Made by a program: the position numbers and the translations under genes. A stretch of DNA of 64,000 bases from the human T2T-CHM13v2.0 reference genome, Homo sapiens: NCBI RefSeq assembly GCF_009914755.1, contig NC_060933.1. One strand, written 5' to 3'. Shown here in pieces: positions 48,201-61,004 of this stretch. Each line of letters begins with the position of its first letter. Position 1 is the first letter of the stretch. The notes beneath the pieces are model-generated. The model did no database searches. It was not told the DNA's origin and worked only from the letters and a program-made list of their open reading frames with translations.

Positions 48201-49754
48201 TTACTTTTTGAAGCCGGGGAGGGTTCAGACAATGGTCTGCAAAATTGCTGAAGAAAGTCCTGGAATCATTTTTAAAACAGTAGAAAAATGAAGAATCATG
48301 CATGCATATATTAGGTTGTCTTAGATCAAACCCTGGCTGAAGCTATAGTGACACATGCTGTTCATGAAAGACTTAATACAGTCCTTCTAATCGGATGAAT
48401 TGTCTTGTTGTGCAAAAAGTGTTATTACACTGTGTGTGAAACCAACCATGCTTCAGGGGGAAAAATTAAATCGCCTGATTGAGAGGTCACTGGTGAATAG
48501 TAACACAAGATCTATTACCGTTATTAGAGACTCTGGAGGACATTCACCCTTTTATGGTCTTTCAACTGCTGGAATGAAATATTTTAGCGGTAAATGACAC
48601 CCTTCCGGGAAATCCTTCTGAAGATTCATTCTTTGCTGCTTGCATGTAGGAAAAAAAAATCAGTGGCGGGGGGTGGGGGTCACAGGGAAAAATCACATTA
48701 TTCTTTTCAGATCACTTAAAAAAATTTACCTAATTTGATTTGGTTTGCTAACAATTGCCCTTAAATGTTTCCCATTACACCCTTCTTAATCTGTGCCTAT
48801 TAGGACCGCACTTTATCTTTTGTAACATGTCATGCATGTTCTGTAATAGTTTCCGCAGGGAAATTCACGATAGCATGAAAGCCCAGACACCAGGGTGGTT
48901 GTGGTTTATGTCGAAATCAAGATTAAGCACTTTAAGGTACATGAAGTGAAAAGTCTATCTGCTTATTTTGTTTATTTTCTTTTAAGGGTCTTTGAATGCA
49001 TGTACGGAGGATTAGGTGAATATATATTTTTAGTTCTGCATGGCAACCATACTGAACAGTAAATATTTTAAGAAATATTTTCAGAAGTGAATGAATAACT
49101 ATTGATCTGAGGTGAAGCTTTATAACACAGTTATTCAAGTGGGAACCAGAGTTCCTTTCCAATGGATTATATTCATTATAAGCTGTCAATCCATTTGTTA
49201 TAGTTTAATACCACTCTGGAATTTTCTGCCTTTTTGCTATTGTGCTGTATGGTTGGGATTTGTTTTTGTGGGGACTAGGAAGAAACAAAGTGATCAGCAA
49301 TAACATTGCAAATAATTTGGATAATTTTTTTTTTGTTAATTTTCAGGTCAAATACCTGACTTTCTCTTCCTTCCATTATTTGATTTCAGCATCTTTCCCC
49401 CATTTCTTCTAAAGCTTTCTTATTTTATTGCCCAAAAGATATGGAACTGTTAACAGTGATGTGAATAAGCATATAAATTCTGTTAGATTTCTCATTGTCT
49501 GCTTTTGTTACAGGTATCTTGATGGGTTCATTAAAACATATCTGTTGAAATGGGGGTTGGGAAGACGAAGGAATAGGGGAAAGGGGATACGTTGTCAGAA
49601 AGAATAATACATAGATATTTGAGCTTCACCTGGAAATAAAAATAATTTTGTAAAATAGGAGATAGAAACCCTTTGTCAGGTTGCTAATGAGAGGCTTGAC
49701 CTAGCTGCTGCTGCAGCAGCATCTTTGGGGATGATGAGAGATGCAAAATGCACT

Positions 49755-49767
49755 GTTGCTAGGCAAC
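49755..49767. promoter_or_regulatory. RFX X-box motif GTTGCTAGGCAAC
   Basis: Near-palindrome; its reverse complement GTTGCC-T-AGCAAC fits the consensus GTNRCC-N0-3-RGYAAC. Lies in apparently unique sequence. Confidence 0.5.
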
Positions 49768-51190
49768 TCTCTTGGCTGCCTTTGGAGCAGGTTCATATGT
49801 GCTAAGAGCTAATGAATCCTCATGTCTGCTCTTTGAAACTGTTCAAAAGCCAATGAAGACGTACCCAGACATTTAGCATTTACAAGCACCTGGACCACTC
49901 TTGCCATGTCATTTACTCATTAAAAATTAAGTTGACCATTTAGTGTGTACCAAATATTGCTTTATTTTTCAAGGTAGTCCAAGATTTGAGCCCTAGTAAA
50001 TATGTTTTCAGAAAGAAGCCTAATATAGATGACTTAGTGCTGATGGGTACTATTTAAATTATTCTATATGAAGTATTATTTTAAATTTGAATGCTTCCTG
50101 CCTTCTCAAATGGCAAGTTTTTGGAGCCTGCCTCTTTCGGCCTCTTAGACATTTTAAAATTATACCTGCATGCTTTGTTCAGCCCAAGGTTGTTATTTCT
50201 GAAGATGCTAGGAATCTGGAACCCAGAACTAATTTTGTAGGCGGCTTGTCGAAAATTCCTCCCTTCCCCCTCAAAAATTCTAGGCAGTAGCCATAAGACA
50301 AGCTACAGAACAAGAATTAAAACTTGATAAGGGGCATCCATAGATCAAATAATGAATCTAAGTACTTGTAAGATCCCACCCAACCTTTAATAATACCTTT
50401 CCCTCGGGGGCATTGTAAGGACTTAAAGATCCTGTACATGAAAAAACATTGTAAAGTACCATGCAAATGCTAGTTTTTTACATCGAATTCCATCTATTAA
50501 TAATCATCTAAATTCAAGCATTTTCTGTTACTAGATTATTAGCTATTAGGTTTATTAATATTTTGGTAATAGATGGTATGATTATAGTGGAATTTATTTG
50601 TAACAGGATTTAGCCTATACTTGTTAATATTTTGGTTGCACTAACCTGGGATTTCTCTTAGTGTCATAGCACCCAGTATAATAACGTACGATAACAGGCA
50701 TTCAAGAAAGATTTATTGTTTAAAGAAAGTTGTGTAAACCTTCTGCATAGATTAAATTGAATTGGTTTATTTCTTGTAATATTTCAAAATATGTTAAGAG
50801 ATTCTGTTATAATTCTACAAGTATGTTTTCCTGTCTTTAAAATGAAAATAACAAAACAACCCACCTCATTAAATTCATCATGTGGATTAAATGATATAAT
50901 CCAGAGTATAATACTGGTTTATAGTCAGTGTTTGATGAAAGTTATGTATTATTAAAATTATAGTTGATTTTTATAGCTTTTTAAGTTCATTTCACAATTA
51001 CTTATCTGCTACTGTATATTCCAGGAGCGGTGCTAGACTGTTTAGCTAGATGACATGTTCCTTGCCCCTCTGGGGCTATCATCATATTTTATTCTCCAAG
51101 TGCATCAAAAAAGAGACATTAATTATTATCTGTGTGTGTGTGCACGCGCCTGTTTTAAACAACATTTAGATGCAAAAAGGAGACAGAGAA

Positions 51191-51505
51191 TAGTGCTGTT
51201 CAATAGAAGTAAAATATGAGCTACATACGTAGGTTTAAGTTTTCTGGCAGCCACATTAAAAAGTGAACACAAATAGGTGAAATTAATTTCAACATGTTTT
51301 GTTTAACCCAGTATATCTGAAGTATTATTTCACTATGTAATTAGCATAAAAATTATTACTGAAGTATGTTATATATATGTATTTGTGCTAAGCCTCCCAA
51401 ATCTGGTATGTATTTTACACCCACTGTACATCTTGATTCAGAGTAGCTACATTTCAAATGCTCAGTGGCCATATAAAGCTAGTGGCTACTATGTTGAACA
51501 GTAAA
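51191..51505 (+). mobile_element. MER33 (hAT-Charlie) MITE
   Basis: gtgctgttcaatagaa...gccacattaaaaagt...ctagtggctactatgttgaacag. Confidence 0.85.
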
Positions 51506-51529
51506 GGTAGTACAAATTCCCAATGCTCA

Positions 51530-51870
<341 letters not shown>

Positions 51871-52083
51871 ACGAAATACTCCTTATTGGTTTTACTTAGC
51901 TGGAAATAGTCTCACAGATTCTGCAGTGGAACAGAAACCTGAAACGATTAAGAACAGGAGTTTTTCAAATGGGGTTTTCATGGTGATACTAAGAGCGCGA
52001 TGGAATGTCTGACAGGTGTCTTTGGTGGCAGAAGTAGCCAGCCTCAATACCTATACTTTGTTAACCTTTTCTTCCTTTTTCAG

Positions 52084-52089
52084 TTATTG
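52084..52089 (+). other. Candidate 6-nt microexon TTATTG (Leu-Leu)
   Basis: ttaac branch-like motif, then ccttttcttcctttttcag|TTATTG|gtaagt, in a phase-0 intron. No transcript evidence is available. Confidence 0.3.
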
Positions 52090-53061
52090 GTAAGTTCAGT
52101 TCAGCTCAGCTCACGTTTACTGAGTTCTTGTTATATTTATAGTCCTGGGTAAATACAAGAAGAATAGGGGCAGGTTTGCCACCTGTAAGGCATTCACAGG
52201 CTAGTGTGTGTGAGAATGAATAACTGTGACCCTAAGTATACTGGAATAAAGGTGTGCATAAAGTTAGAGTGACAAACAGTACTTCGAGTATTCTTTGCCT
52301 AGAAAGGGGCAGACAATTACCTTATTATCCTTAAAGATTATATTTTATGGGTGTGAATATTTTCTGTGTGTCAATAGTTGAACTATCAGGTTGAAAAAAG
52401 GAGGAACATACACGAGGTTCAGTGAGCAGGAGGAGGGAATAGATGTGCCTTGAAAAATAAGCTGATCGGGAAGGCAGGGGAGAAGCATGATTAGACTTTC
52501 TCTCCTGGCATCGACTGTCATCTTTGGGCAGAAAATCTGTCCTCTGTCTCATTCTTCCACTGAGCCTTTGCTGGGTGCTGTGGCCGGCTTAGCTACTTCC
52601 TACTCTGCTACCTACTAGTTCTATGTCCTTTGGACATTTAACATCCACTTTAGTCCTATCATTTTTGCTGAAAGTAATTTTTAGTAAAATAACATTTTAT
52701 TTTACTGAAGTAACATTCTTTAAATCTGTAACATATAATAGTAATATGTAAAATATCCAAGCAATGAAATAGTATGTACAGTATTCATATATTCCCCCAA
52801 AAAATGTATACACAGAAATGTACACAAAAGCATTACGTTGCACATGTTTCTTTGTAGTTTTTTCACTTATCAAGATGTTATGGCCATTTTACCACATTTA
52901 TGCAGATCTAACTCATGGTTTTTGGAGGCTGCCGGTGTTCACAGCATATCAACAATTTAATGTATGTAACTGTTTCCCTATTGATAGACATTTAAGTTTT
53001 CCAAGGTTTTGTTGTTGTTGCATGCATCTGAGGCCTTCTCAGTCATCTCAGCCTTTTAGAA

Positions 53062-53323
53062 CAGCTTTGTCCAAAAGAACTTTCTGCTATCATGTGAATG
53101 ATCTATAATTTGTGCAGTTTTATGTGGTAACCACTAGTCACATGTAACTATTAAGCCCTTGAAATTTGGCTAGTGTGACTGAGGAACAGAAGTTTTAATC
53201 GTATTTAATTTTAGTTAATTTAAATTCAAATTTAAATTAATCAAATTGATTAATTTAATTCAATTGATCAATCAAATTAAAATAGCCAAATGTGGCTAGT
53301 GGCTACTGTATTGGGCAACCTAG
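53062..53323 (+). mobile_element. MER3 (hAT-Charlie) MITE with an internal AT-rich insertion
   Basis: tgtccaaaagaactttctg...gtggctagtggctactgtattgg; TSD ttttagaa/ctctagaa. Confidence 0.85.
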
Positions 53324-53761
53324 CTCTAGAATCTCTCTCTTCTTCTGAACAATGAAAATCAATCATTATCTATGCTGTTTATTTTGTATACCTCAAAGAC
53401 TATCTTAAAATGTTTCCTTGTTCTTTTGTCTTACTTTTTGTCTATAGAAACGATTTTTATACTTTTAATCTTTAAAGTTGAGTTCAAGTTATTCAGTTAA
53501 TAGTGCTTGAGATTATAGTTGTGAGTTTCTTAACTAGGCTGTGAACCACTTGAGATGGGGGACTGTCTTTTGTCAGTTGTGTCATCAAAGCTTAACACAA
53601 TCTCAGTGTAGATTTGGCCCTCACATATTTTTGATGGCTGGATATGTAACTCATAAGAGAGTTTTCTGTTTATTATTGATGCTGGAATACTCTAGAAGTT
53701 ATTCTTTTTAGAAATCCTAAAAACCATTGTTTTCTTAATTGCCACTTTCTTTTAAAGCAAA

Positions 53762-54026
53762 ATGTGGAATGATCCTGGTTTGGGGGTCCCAAAGATGACT
53801 AACACGTTTAGTTATTCTCTAAAAGATCTCACAAGACTCAGCATAGAGCTGTAACCATGCTTAAGATTTATTACAGTGAAAGGATAGAAAGCAAAATTAA
53901 CAAAGGAAAAGGTTCATGAGGCAAAGTCAAGAAGACATCAAGTGCAAACTTCCTAGAGTCCTTTCCCAGTGAAGTCACACAGGGTGTACTGAATTCCTTC
54001 AGCATTGAATGATGGCAACATGTATG
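53762..54026. mobile_element. MER21-type LTR fragment
   Basis: ttgggggtcccaaga...gactcagcatag...atttattacagtgaaaggata. Confidence 0.65.
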
Positions 54027-57000
54027 GGTTCTTTGGGAAATCTGCTATTTTATTAAACCCCAAAATATTGAATCTATCTAGCTTAGTTACATAGTTGCTT
54101 ACCTAGATGAGCTATATTTAATAATATCTAATTGTTGGAGAGATTTCAAACTCCTCCTTCTAACTCTGGTGTAAAACACATTACCAATGACAGACATAGT
54201 AGTAGAAATTGCACCTAATTATACATTATACTTTACTTATAGGACATTGGCTTTTAACTTTTATTTGACTAGTCAGACTGCCAAAGATTTAGAGCTCACG
54301 TGGCAGAAATGTGTAGCTACTTTTGTCCAAGAAGGAAATTCTATGGATACAGGAATTCAGTCACTATAGTTATCATTTATGTAAGTTTCAGAATGTTAGC
54401 AATGGATATAACTGTTGATTATATTCCTTTTTTCCCTGCTGGTAGTTACATATTGGTAATGTAGCCAACCATTACATCATGATTTAAGTTTTTCTTATAC
54501 TGTTTTCTAAATAAATAAGTTTTCTGACTCTGAGAGATAATAGTCAGATGGCTAATGAGACTCACCTGGAAATAAAGTTTAGGCCAGGAAGGGTCGTGGC
54601 TATTTTCTTCTACATCAAACCCCTCAAGTGATGTGATATTTGACTTTATCTTATTCTAGTCTGCAGTATTTCCTGTGTCTTTCCATACTTGAACCTCCTG
54701 TATTGCTGACCTTATTTTCTACATACTAGGAAATTTATACCTCAGATTCTGATGATGTTTATGTTTTTGGCATCCTAGTAACCTTTATTGGATGGGCTAA
54801 TTTTTCTGATTCTAAGTTAACTTGATCAGAATATATTTTGGAGTAACTTTATTGGCAGATAGTAGTCTTTTAATACTTTTTCATAGAATCAAATAATTGC
54901 AACATTATTATAAGATCCATTTGCTTATAGAATTTGAAGAGACAAGGAAATTAGACATAATTTATACTCTAAAAGCATTTACAGTGTGCTGGGAACGAGG
55001 GACACAAAGGTCTATGAGATGTCATCCCTGTCTTTGTGGGGCTAAGTGGCAAGTACATGGGTTTTAGTGTTAGATTGCTTTGATACAGTCCGAAATTCAG
55101 TACAAGCTTCAGTTTTCCGTTTGAAATGTGGTGATAATCATGATTTTCTACAAAGTGCTTAACAGAATGTTATAGTTAGTCTTCAATAAATGCTAGCTGT
55201 TGTTATTCAAGGAATCACTACAGATCAGATGCTCAAGCTGGATTGGAATAAGGCTAGAGTGATATATCACTATAGAAAGATTGTCTGGTTGGGACCTTTG
55301 CTAGTTTAGATACATTTCTTTCCTTGACCTTATTTGACTCTTAAAGGTTAAACTTCAAGACTGTAGAATACTTCTTTAATTATAATGTTAGTATATAAAT
55401 ATAATTTGAATCTTAGAAGAGTAAGATTATACTGTTTACCTTTTTTTGTGATGTTGCTTACATGCCTGCAAATTCCTTATAAGTGGAGGAAGTAATTACC
55501 TTTTTAGCACTTCTGTCAATAAACTTCTTTCCAATGGACTATTTAAATAATAAACATCATAAGTAAAAATGTCAAGTAATTGAGGAAGGTAGAATTAAGT
55601 AATGTTCAAAAGCTTAATCACTTATCATGTCATTTTTTGTAGAATGAATAAGTTTTAAAAGTCTCTTCCAATATTAAGATTATTAAGGAATTATGTTTCT
55701 GTATATATCATGCAAGCATATTTATTCTTATATTTTATGTTTTATCTTTTCAATTTAACTGAATACACACTATTATCTTACCATTCTTTTAAAAATGGCA
55801 AACACACTTGTATATATAGAATTTAGATCAATTTTTCCTCAGGACAAGGGCTTATGCAAAGTTGAGTGAGTCAGCATTTGTTGAATCTAAGGCTATGAGT
55901 AAAATGTGAACTAAGAATACACTTTTGTAATTCAGGTCTAGTTTTATAAAACATGACTCTGAAAAGTTAAAAGCAGACACTGCTTTGGAGTTTTGCCTCT
56001 CACTTTCATTGGCTGATCATATCTTGAATTATTTCATTCCACTGATAACTTTTTCTATTTATACTAATTTATTACTATATATCTCATATAGTAATAAAGT
56101 ATGAGCTATCATATTTTTTTAAAAAGGAATAGTTATAAACATTATGTATTGTCTCATCTTCTAACCATGATGAATAGTAACAAAGCCCTTTTTTATTTCT
56201 CATAATTTATAAGTAGATAGCACTACTTAAGATTTTCGTTATAGAACTGTCTGAAAAATTATGCTCTTTTTTTGCAGCCTCATGAAGTGTTGCCAACGTG
56301 TATGTTTTTTTCTGAATCCAGAGTTGAATTTTTGTACTCTGTTTTTTATATGCTTGATTTCACTGAGATGCTGGTTTGTGTCTCTCCTGCGTGTTTTTTT
56401 CTTTATGTTTTGTCCAATTTATGGGGTGAAGACTTGCATGATGGCTCTTTGTTTCTGTTATAGATGGCTTGGAATCTTATGTTTGCTGTTACTCTGCCAA
56501 GGTAGAATGGAGGAGTGAACTGAGACATAAACTCCTATCCACATTTTGCCATCATCTAACTTTGTGGTCTTTTTGGGCCTCAGTTTAATCTTCGGTAAAA
56601 TAAAGTTGTTAAGCTAAATGAAGTTGATAAGATATCTTCTGACTCTTAAAAAACAATCCCAGGATTTTTTGTGTATGGTAAACACATAACATGAAATCTA
56701 CCTTAAAAAATTCTAATTGTACTGTACAGTATTGTTAAGTATATGAATATTTTTGTACGGTGGATCTCTAGAACTTTTTTTATTTTGCATGACTGAAACT
56801 CTATACTCATTGAACAGTAGCTCCCCACTTCTCCCTCCCCAACTGTCTGGCAACCACCATTCTACTTTCTGCTCTAAGAGTTTGACCACTTTAGATACTT
56901 CATATAAGTGGAATAATGCAGTATTCGTCCTTCCGTGGCTTATTTCACTTAGCATTGTGTCCTCAAGGTTCATCTAAGTTGTAGTATATGATAGAATTTT

Positions 57001-58141
57001 TCTTTTTAAAGACTAAATAATATTCCATTGTATGCATATACCACACTGTGTTTATCCATTCATCCCGGGATGGACATTTAGGTTGTTTCCATCTCTTGAG
57101 TATTATGAATAAAGCAGAAATGAATGTGGGAATGTGAATATTTCCTCAAAATCCTGATTTCAGTTCTTTTGCATAAACAACCTCAAGATCGATCATAGAG
57201 TAGATTAAAAAAAATTTTTTTTGAGGAACCTTCATGCTGTTACCCATAGTGGCCACACCTTTTTTACATTCCCACCAACAGTGCACAGATGTTCTAATTT
57301 CTTCACATCCTTGTCAATACTTCTGATTTTTTAAATAATGTTAATCCCACCAGGTATGAGGTGACATCTCATTATGGTTCTAATTTGTGGTTGGAAAGGG
57401 TACTTAGTGTGATTTCAGTCTTAAATTTGTTAAGACTTGTTTTGTGATCTCACACGTGGTCCATCCTAGAGAATGTTCGGTGTGCACCTGAGAGAGAACA
57501 TGCTGTTGCTGTTGGGTAGAACGTTCTATGTGAGTTTGTTAGGACCATTTGGTCTACAGTGTTGTTGAAGTCCTCTGTTTTCTTATTGATCTTCTGTCTG
57601 GATGTTCTATCCATTATTTAAAATAGGATATTGAAATCATCTACTATTACTGTATTGCTTTCCATTTTCCCCTTTGGTTCTGTCAATGTTTGCTTTATAT
57701 ATCTGGGTGCTATGATGTTGGTTGCATATATATAATTATCGTATTGTCCTGGTGAATTGACCCATTTATCATTATATAATGTCCTTCTTTCTCTCTTGTG
57801 ACGATTTTTTATATGGACAACCTTGCTGTCTTTTGGTTACCATTTGTATTAAATATCTTCTCACTTTCAGCCTGTGTGTGTCCTTAAATCTAAAGTGAGT
57901 CTTTTGTAGACGTTATTATAGTGGGATCTTGTTTGGGTTTTCGGAATCCACTGTATGCCTTTGATTGAGCAGTTTAATCCATTTACATTGAAAGTACTTA
58001 GTGGTAGGAAAGGACTTACTATTGCCATTTTGTTAATTGCTTTTGTCTGTCTTATAGCATTTTTTTGGTCCCTTGTTTCTTCTCTTGCTGTCTTCTTTTA
58101 TGTTTCATTGATTTGATAGTGACACTTTGATTCATCACTCA

Positions 58142-58462
<321 letters not shown>

Positions 58463-58929
58463 ACTCATTTTCTTTTGTGCATGTTCTATGTGTATTTTTT
58501 TTATGGTTGCCATGGGACTTACATCAATATCTAACAATATTTTAAGCTGATAACAAGTTACATAAACTTCAATCACATACATAAACTACTCTTTTACTTC
58601 TCCCTCCTTTTTATGTTACCAATGTCACAAATTACATCTTTTTAATAAAGTTCATCCATTTACATGGTTTTTTTAGTTATTTATACTTTTGCCTTCTAAA
58701 CCCTATACCAGAATTAAAAGTGATTCACGCACCACTGTTACAATATTATAGGATTCTTTGTTTAGGTATTACCAGTAAACTTTATATTTCCATATGCTCT
58801 CATGTTTCTGTCTGGAGTCCTTCTGTTTCACCTTGCAGGACTACTTTTAGTATTTTTTGTAAGGCATGTTTAGTGGTGATGAACTCTCTCAGCTTTTGTT
58901 TATCTGGAAATATCATTACTTCTCTTTGT

Positions 58930-58930
<1 letters not shown>

Positions 58931-58971
<41 letters not shown>

Positions 58972-59260
58972 AGACAGTCTCGCTTTGTCTCCCAGGCTGG
59001 AGTGCAGTGGCACAACCTCAGCTTGCTGCACCCTCTGCCTCCTGGTTCAAGCAATTCTCATGCCTCAGCCTCCTAAGTAGCTGAGATTACAGGCATGCAC
59101 CACCATACCCAGCTAATTTTTGTAGTTTTTTTTTTTTTTTAGTATAGGTGGGGTTTCACCATGTTGGCCCAACTGGTCTCGAACTCCTGATCTCAGGTGA
59201 TCCTAACACCTCGGCCTCCCAAAGTGTTGGGATTACAGGCACAAGCCACTGCACCCGGCC
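58931..59260 (-). mobile_element. AluS, full length, with T40 tail and expanded middle T-run
   Basis: Pure T at 58931-58970; degenerate TSD tctctttgtgttttt/tctccttcgttttt. Confidence 0.9.
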
Positions 59261-60534
59261 TCTCCTTCGTTTTTGAAGGATAGTTTTACCAGATATAGTA
59301 TCCAGTATCTTGGTTGGCAGTACCTACCCACCCACCCCTGCCCACTCCTTTCAGCACTTTAAATATATTATTTCACTCCCTTCTTGCTGGCAAGATTTCT
59401 GCTGAGAAATCTAGTCATAGTCTTATAGGGGCTCCCTTAACAGTCCCATGATTATAAATTAATTTGTTTATCAAGGAACTTAAACGCTGGAGGAGGGAAG
59501 AGAAAGCATTGAGTTATATGAAGCCAGATCTTGAGACAGTCAATTATAGGACACTTACCAGCTTCTTTTATATTAAAGGCGAAATCTGAGCATTCATTGT
59601 ATTTTCAGCCTCTGAAGGGTATAAGATTCAAGATTAGGAGGATCAAGAGCTGGTAATTACATCTCAAGTAAATACATATTCACAAGGAAATAATAATAAT
59701 AAAAAATTAGTCCATCTTTTATGCAAAATTATTTTCCACAGATGTCTATCTATATCTGTGTTTTCCTAGTGAAACAGTCCCTGTTTTATTTTTTCCATTT
59801 AATTGGGGACTTAATTTGGGCTATTATGCCTTGAGAACTGTATTAAGTCTAAGATTATTTACTGTAAACATTTCCTTCTTTTTTCATTTCTGAACTGGCC
59901 AGAGGAAAAGACACACCCTTACGTGCTTTTTTTAGGGCCAAGTCTCATAAAGGAACTGTGTACTCTTAGACATAAATACAGTACTTTATTTCTCCCCTGA
60001 CAGTATAATTATAGCATTTGTTTAAAAGTCACACAACTAAACACACTAGTTTATAAAATGTCAGTAAATATACTCATTGCCCTTCTAAAAACTAAGAATC
60101 TGTCATTGTGTCTTGGTAGAAATCTTTCTAGAAGGGGATAATGCGTTGAGATCACTGTAAGCCAATTTAAGATAACCTTCTGTTTTTAATTAAAATGGGA
60201 ACTGAAAAGTCAGTTCAAAAATTTGTCTCCTTTCATTTGCCGAAAGTGAGAGTGATAGAATTCCTGTTCCAATCAAGTCTCTGCACTTGTTAAAAACATC
60301 ATACATTTTGGCTGTCTGTTGTGAGATCATAGCTATTACATGCACAGCTCCACATGCTGCTGTGGTATATCGTGGTCAGGGTCATTAATGAATTAATGTT
60401 TAATTGTCAATGTCTTGGTGGTAAAGTTAAGAGGATATTTTTTCCTTTTTGAAATTGAATTAAAATAGATGTCTTCGAAGGTTAGAAGGAACAGGCTTTC
60501 TAAGAATAGAACAGATAGAGAAAATGAACAAATA

Positions 60535-60885
60535 CAGTGGGCCCTTGATATTAGCTGGTTTTTCATCTGTGGATTCACCAGCTGCAGACAGAGCATATTT
60601 GGGGAAGAAAATAAAAATAAGAATTTAGCAATAAAGATAATATGAATAAACAATATAGTACAACAACTATTTACATAGCATTTACATTGTTTTAGGCATT
60701 ATAAGTAGTGTAGAAATGATTTAAAGTGTATGAAAGGATGTGCATAGGTTGTATACAAATACCTATGCCATTTTATATAAGATGCTTGAGCATTTCTGGA
60801 TTTTGCTATCCATGGAATGAGGTGTGCGTATCTGTGTGTCTGACCATCCTGGAACCAGTCCCTGTAGATACTGAGGAATGACTGC
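60535..60885 (-). mobile_element. MER2-type (TcMar-Tigger) MITE
   Basis: acaactatttacatagcatttacattg...cctggaaccagtccctgtagatactgaggaatgactg. Confidence 0.82.
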
Positions 60886-61004
60886 TGGACAATAAACTTT
60901 TGAAATATAGCATATGGCAAATAAAATTTTTTGGCATTACAGTTTGTGCTATCAAGTAAGTGCTTTGCTTATAGTAGATATTTACCAAATAATTTTGAAT
61001 TGAA

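Noticed and set aside
48665-48687. G-rich run as a G-quadruplex
   Set aside because: It lacks four separate G3 tracts, so at most a weak two-tier structure.
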